A DNA stretch of 64,000 nt from the human T2T-CHM13v2.0 reference genome, Homo sapiens, in NCBI RefSeq assembly GCF_009914755.1, contig NC_060933.1; one strand, 5' to 3'. Position numbers and translations under genes: made by a program. This document shows, piece after piece, positions 55,806 to 64,000 of the stretch. The stretch's first letter is position 1. Each line of letters begins with the position of its first letter. The notes below the pieces were generated by a model. That model saw only the letters and a list, made by a program, of their open reading frames with translations, searched no databases and was not told the DNA's origin.

Positions 55806-57095
55806 ATAAGCTGATAATTATCACCTCATTGTTTAACTAGATTTTTCATGAATATGGATTTTTCATGACATGGTTTTGGTAATGGAATGGGCTTTTCCAC
55901 AGAAGTGAGTTTTCTAGATAAATAAAACATTTCTTAAAACTTCAAAGGTTGTTTTCATTTCATCACTTTGGTGGGATTCTGATAAATGTATGCTGTGTCT
56001 ATGTCTTCATAAAGCATGCTATATTTAAGTCTTTATGGTAATTCATGTGCAGGAATTTATGGGAGTTCTGCCTTTCCTGACAATTGTAGATAACCACTCC
56101 TGCATATCATTTCTTCCATATAATCCAGTGTTCACTGATGGGAGCATTAACTCAGTTTCATGAGTCACTTTTGCTTTATATCTGTAGAGAGCATATAGGG
56201 AACTTTTTCATATCATCAATCCCAGACACCTCATTTTTTATCTGAAATGTATATTTTCCAGCCAAGAACCTTTTATTGCTTAGACTTCTTCACATCTGTT
56301 ATCAACTTCAGTAGCTGCTTTTTTTTTTTTTTTCAGGATAATTTTTACGAAGAGGGGACTTTTAAAGTCATTTTTCTCATTTCTGAGTACATGGCAACCT
56401 GTAAATGACATCAAAGCCAAAATCAGATGTAGAAGCCGGGCAGCTAGCCAGACTCATTCTACCCCAAGTGACTGACTTCCTTCCCACACACCATCATCAC
56501 TACACACGATTTTTAGGATCATGCCTTAGCAAAATTACGTGATAGACCTTTTAGACCACTCACATGTAGTGGAAACCAAACTTTAGAGGCCAAACCAAAG
56601 ATCCTGCTTTATTTCACTTTGCTGTAGTTTTGTGATATTATCAGGTGTGCTCTGAAGTGTGTAGAGCCGTTTGTCCCTGCATTAAATGGTACAGATTGTC
56701 ATCTGTTTTCAATTCTTATATCTGCTTTTTATGGCTTTTTCTGTCTGTACCCTTGTTTGGTGATGACTTCTCTTTCCTTTGCATGCCTTTAGCAGCCCTC
56801 TTTCTATTTAGATTTTGTAATTATTAGTCTACTGTGAATTTGGAGACCAGACCACAAAAATTGTTAGAATTGTATTTTCATGAAAAGTCTGTAAGCCTGG
56901 AGTCCTCTTGTGAGTAAAGCTCATTCATATAGGGATTAGGCTCGCTCCAGACATGGCAAGTGAAGTTGGTGAATAAGTGACTATCAGAGAAGTATGGGAT
57001 ATTTGGGATATTCTTGTTACCTATGGCATTATATTATAGTTGTATTATTTTAGTTATTCCTAAAGTAGTTACCATTTCTTTTTCTTTTTCCATAG

Positions 57096-57126
57096 GAGCT
57101 TCCATGTACCAGTCTCAAAAGTGAAG
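57096..57126 (+). CDS. NFX1: NFX1 exon 11 (31 nt), ELPCTSLKSE
   Basis: Long pyrimidine tract plus catag acceptor, donor aag|gtatga; required to keep frame between exons 10 and 12. Confidence 0.93.
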
Positions 57127-57422
57127 GTATGACTGGGGTGGGGCATGAGGGAATTTCTGGGGTGAAAGTGTCGTCACTCTGAATCTTGTTAGGGAGTTGG
57201 GTTATGTATTTGTCAAAATTCAGTGAAGGCATACTTAAGATTTGTGGTATAACTTTCACCTCAAAAGGAAAAAAATATAAATTGAATTCTAATTGATGAA
57301 ATGCTGAAAAATATAAGCTAAGTGCACTCATGTCTACAGCTTGCTTTGAAATGCATTAAAAAAGAAAATTAGTGGGTAGGTAGAAGAATGGATATGTATA
57401 TGAAAAAATATGTTAATGGTAG

Positions 57423-57767
<345 letters not shown>

Positions 57768-58485
57768 CTCGATTCCTGTTTTTATAACCGACACATACTG
57801 TTGTTGAAGCCATTTTAAAACCTTTTTGGAAAAGTGATGGAAGATAAGGATATGCAAAATAAAAGGTCTTACTGTAGTCAGAAAGAAAGCTGTATTGGTT
57901 AGGAAGCTTCTGGATGCAGGTAACAAAACCCAAGAAAAAGTGACTTTTACGATAAGGGTGTTTACTGCCACACCTGATAGGATATCTGGAGGCAGAACAA
58001 GTCCGAGATTGGTTAATTTTAGCTCAGTGATTTTGAAGACTTCAATTTGGCTTCTCTGTGGTTTTCTTGATTTTCTCCTCGTGGGTATGTTAGCTGCTGC
58101 AGCTTCACACATTGGGTCTCTGCCCAACAACATCTAAACAAAATCCATGAAGAGAGTGTTGTTGTTCTCTTCCTATGTAAGAGCAAGGAAAACAGTCCTG
58201 AAAGGTTCTCAGTACACTGTGTCCAATTCTTCTGCCTAAACCTGTAACTAGCAAAGTGAATGGAATTACCATGGTGGGTAAAGGTACACAACATCCACCC
58301 CTGGAACTGAGGAGCACACTGGCTCCCAGTTTCTGAACAAAATTAAGGCTGTCTTTGCCTGAAAGAGAAGAGTGGCCGTTTGGGAGGTACCCAGCAATAT
58401 CTGCCTCAAAACCGTATTTAAACTTTTGGTTCAGTGTGCCATCTGTATCAAGGAAAAAAAGTTTGGTTATTAAAAACATAATTTG

Positions 58486-59100
58486 GGTCCAAGCCTGGTG
58501 GCTCATGCCTGTAATCCCAGCACTTTGGGAGGCCAAGGTGGGCGGATCACCTGAGGTCAGGAGTTCAAGGCCAGCCTAGCCAACATGGTGAAACCCCATC
58601 TCTACTAAAAATACAAAAATTAGCCAAGTACGGTGGCGCACGCCTGTAATCCCAGCTACTCAGGAGGCTGAGGCAGGAGAATCACTTGAACTCAGGAGAC
58701 AGAGGTTGCAGTGAACTGAGATCACACCATTGCTCTCCAGCCTGGGCGACAGAGTGAGACTCCGTATCAAAAAAGAAACAAGAAAAACATAATTTGGGCC
58801 AGATGCAGTGGCTCACATCTGTAATCCTTATGCTTTGGGAGACCAGGGCTGGGGGATCACTTAAAGCCAGGAGTTCAAGACCAGCCTGGGCAACATAGTG
58901 AGGCACTGTCTTTGCAAAAGAATTTTTAAAGTTAGCCAGGCATAGTGGCATGTGCCCATAGTCCTAGATACTCGGGAGGCTGAGGCAGAGGATTGCTTGA
59001 GTCCAGGAGTTTGAGGTTGCAGTGAGCTGTGATTGTGCCATTGCACTCTATCCTGGTGACAGAGCGAGACCCTATCTCTAAAACAATAAAACAAAATAAT
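58486..59100 (+). mobile_element. Tandem Alus (AluS 58486-58782, AluJ 58797-59100) sharing a triplicated TSD
   Basis: aaaaacataatttg at 58472, 58783 and 59101. Confidence 0.93.
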
Positions 59101-59199
59101 AAAAACATAATTTGAAAAAATACAAAATTAATACACTTATGAAGTTTAAAAAAAAATATGAAGTGAAAGATGAAAATTTGCCCTCTAATAGTAGTTTGT

Positions 59200-61200
<2,001 letters not shown>

Positions 61201-61246
61201 ATGTCTCTGATATCTCAATGTTAGGTTTTAAAATCTATTTATTGTT

Positions 61247-61757
<511 letters not shown>

Positions 61758-61784
61758 CACTTAAATTTTCGATAGAAACACACT

Positions 61785-62085
61785 CAGCCAGCCTTCCATA
61801 TCCATGGGTTCCATATCCATGGATTCAACCAACCACAGATTGAAAATATTCAAAGAAACAAATTACATCTGTACTGAACATGTACAAAATTTTTTCTCAT
61901 CATTTTCTAATAGCATTTACATTATATTTGGTGTTATAAGTAATCTAGAGAAGATTTGAAGTATAAGGGAGGGTGTGCATAGGTTATATGCAAATATTAT
62001 ACCATTTTGTATAAGAGACTTCAATATCTGTGGATTTTGATATCCAAGGGAGGTCCTGGAATCAGTCCCCCATGGACTCCAAAAG
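61785..62085 (-). mobile_element. MER2 (TcMar-Tigger-derived) element
   Basis: ccatatccatggattcaaccaacc...gtgcataggttatatgcaaat...ggaggtcctggaatcagtcccc matches recalled MER2 reverse complement. Confidence 0.75.
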
Positions 62086-62207
62086 TTTGTACACCCATCT
62101 ACTAAGATGAGCATGGCTTCTCCTCCACACCTTAAACACTACCGTTGCTATTTTTTTTATTTTTTGAGTTTTAAAGGTGAAAATTGATATTTTAATATGC
62201 ATTTTCA

Positions 62208-63018
<811 letters not shown>

Positions 63019-63123
63019 TTATTACTATTGTATTCTTTGAGCCTATAGTTACTCAAATATTTGTTGTATGAATGTTCATATCCTTTGTCTGGTTTTTTTT
63101 TTCTTTTTAATTTGCCACAGCAG

Positions 63124-63203
63124 ATGCTACATTTATGTGTGACAAGCGGTGTAACAAGAAACGGTTGTGTGGACGGCATAAATGTAATGAGATATGCTGT
63201 GTG
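63124..63203 (+). CDS. NFX1: NFX1 exon 12, (D)[26 protein letters not shown]; alternative start at 63121 via NAGNAG
   Basis: Acceptor cacag|cag|at, donor gtg|gtaagt; frame continuous; gene continues past the window. Confidence 0.95.
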
Positions 63204-63788
63204 GTAAGTGGACTTATTAGGCATAATCAGATTCCATTCATCCAGGTGCTGGGCTTCTGGAAGCCTGAGCCATGTGGAGAATGCAGCCCGGATTTAAAAG
63301 TCACTGGGACAGGCCCCTAAGCAGCAGTCAGAGAGCTCTCATAGTCCCCATAACCTCTCTGCAAAGAGACAGACTGGGCCTTTTTAGCCTCACCCAGGTT
63401 AAGAAGTCAGCCAGTGGCATCTGGTAGCAACACAGAGGAAGAGAAAGAGATAAGAGAAGGTCTCACACCCCAGAGCCCAAGACCCCTAGATGAGCACACA
63501 GTCTTCGGCAGAAGATTGTGTGTTGTCCCAACACAAACTGGCCTGGACTTAGCAACTTGGGCTTCAGGTTTCATGTACTGCTTAGGTCAGGTCAGTAGGA
63601 AAAATTATTAGGACATTTTTTAAAAAGATTTTTTAAAATAAAATATTTATTTAAAATATTTGCTTTTATGGAACTAATTAAATCACTAGCTGGCTATTTG
63701 TACTCTGTTATCTCATATACTCTTTTATATATAAAAAATATAACGTATGCTATATATGACATAACATGTATATATAAATGTGTATGTA

Positions 63789-64000
63789 TGTATTAGTCCA
63801 TTTTCACACTGTCAGTAAAGACATACCCAAGACTAGGGAAGTTACAAAAGAAAGAGGATTAATGGATCTACAGTTCCAAGTCGGTGGGGAGGCCTCACAA
63901 TCATGGTGGAAGGCAAGGAAGAGCAAGTCACTTCTCACATGGATAGCAGCAGGCAGAGAAAGAGAGTTTGTCCAGGAAATGGCCTTAGAAAGCCATCAGA
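63789..64000 (-). mobile_element. THE1-type MaLR LTR (truncated by window end)
   Basis: tgtattagtccattttcacactg...aaagacataccc...ggaggcctcacaatcatggtggaaggcaagg. Confidence 0.9.

Overview
Primate, almost certainly human, genomic DNA; from recall this is the CHMP5-NFX1 locus at 9p13. The + strand carries the last three coding exons and 3' UTR of CHMP5 (ESCRT-III subunit, ends ...DEFGLPQIPAS*). About 9 kb of repeat-rich intergenic DNA follows, then the CpG-island promoter and first 12 coding exons of NFX1 (705 codons in the window: PAM2 motif, long disordered region, RING/PHD-like finger, NF-X1 zinc fingers; the gene continues beyond the window). Every exon was traced by hand with GT-AG boundaries and a continuous reading frame. 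The rest is dense Alu (about 55 copies or fragments), L1, L2, MIR, LTR and DNA-transposon debris. Most ORF-track entries are Alu artefacts. Three things are not explained by the gene models. (1) A ~1.78 kb GC-rich, polyadenylated, non-coding mRNA-like retrocopy is fused to a tailless Alu just upstream of the NFX1 promoter. (2) A ~115 bp L1-mobilised, polyadenylated LTR fragment with a 16-bp TSD creates a strong cryptic acceptor 133 nt after NFX1 exon 6. (3) NFX1 exon 2 (1008 nt, stop-free, one strong-Kozak AUG, flanked by inverted Alus) would form an endless ORF if circularised. No prokaryote-type system (CRISPR, operon) is present. Repeat family names and boundaries are by eye and approximate.
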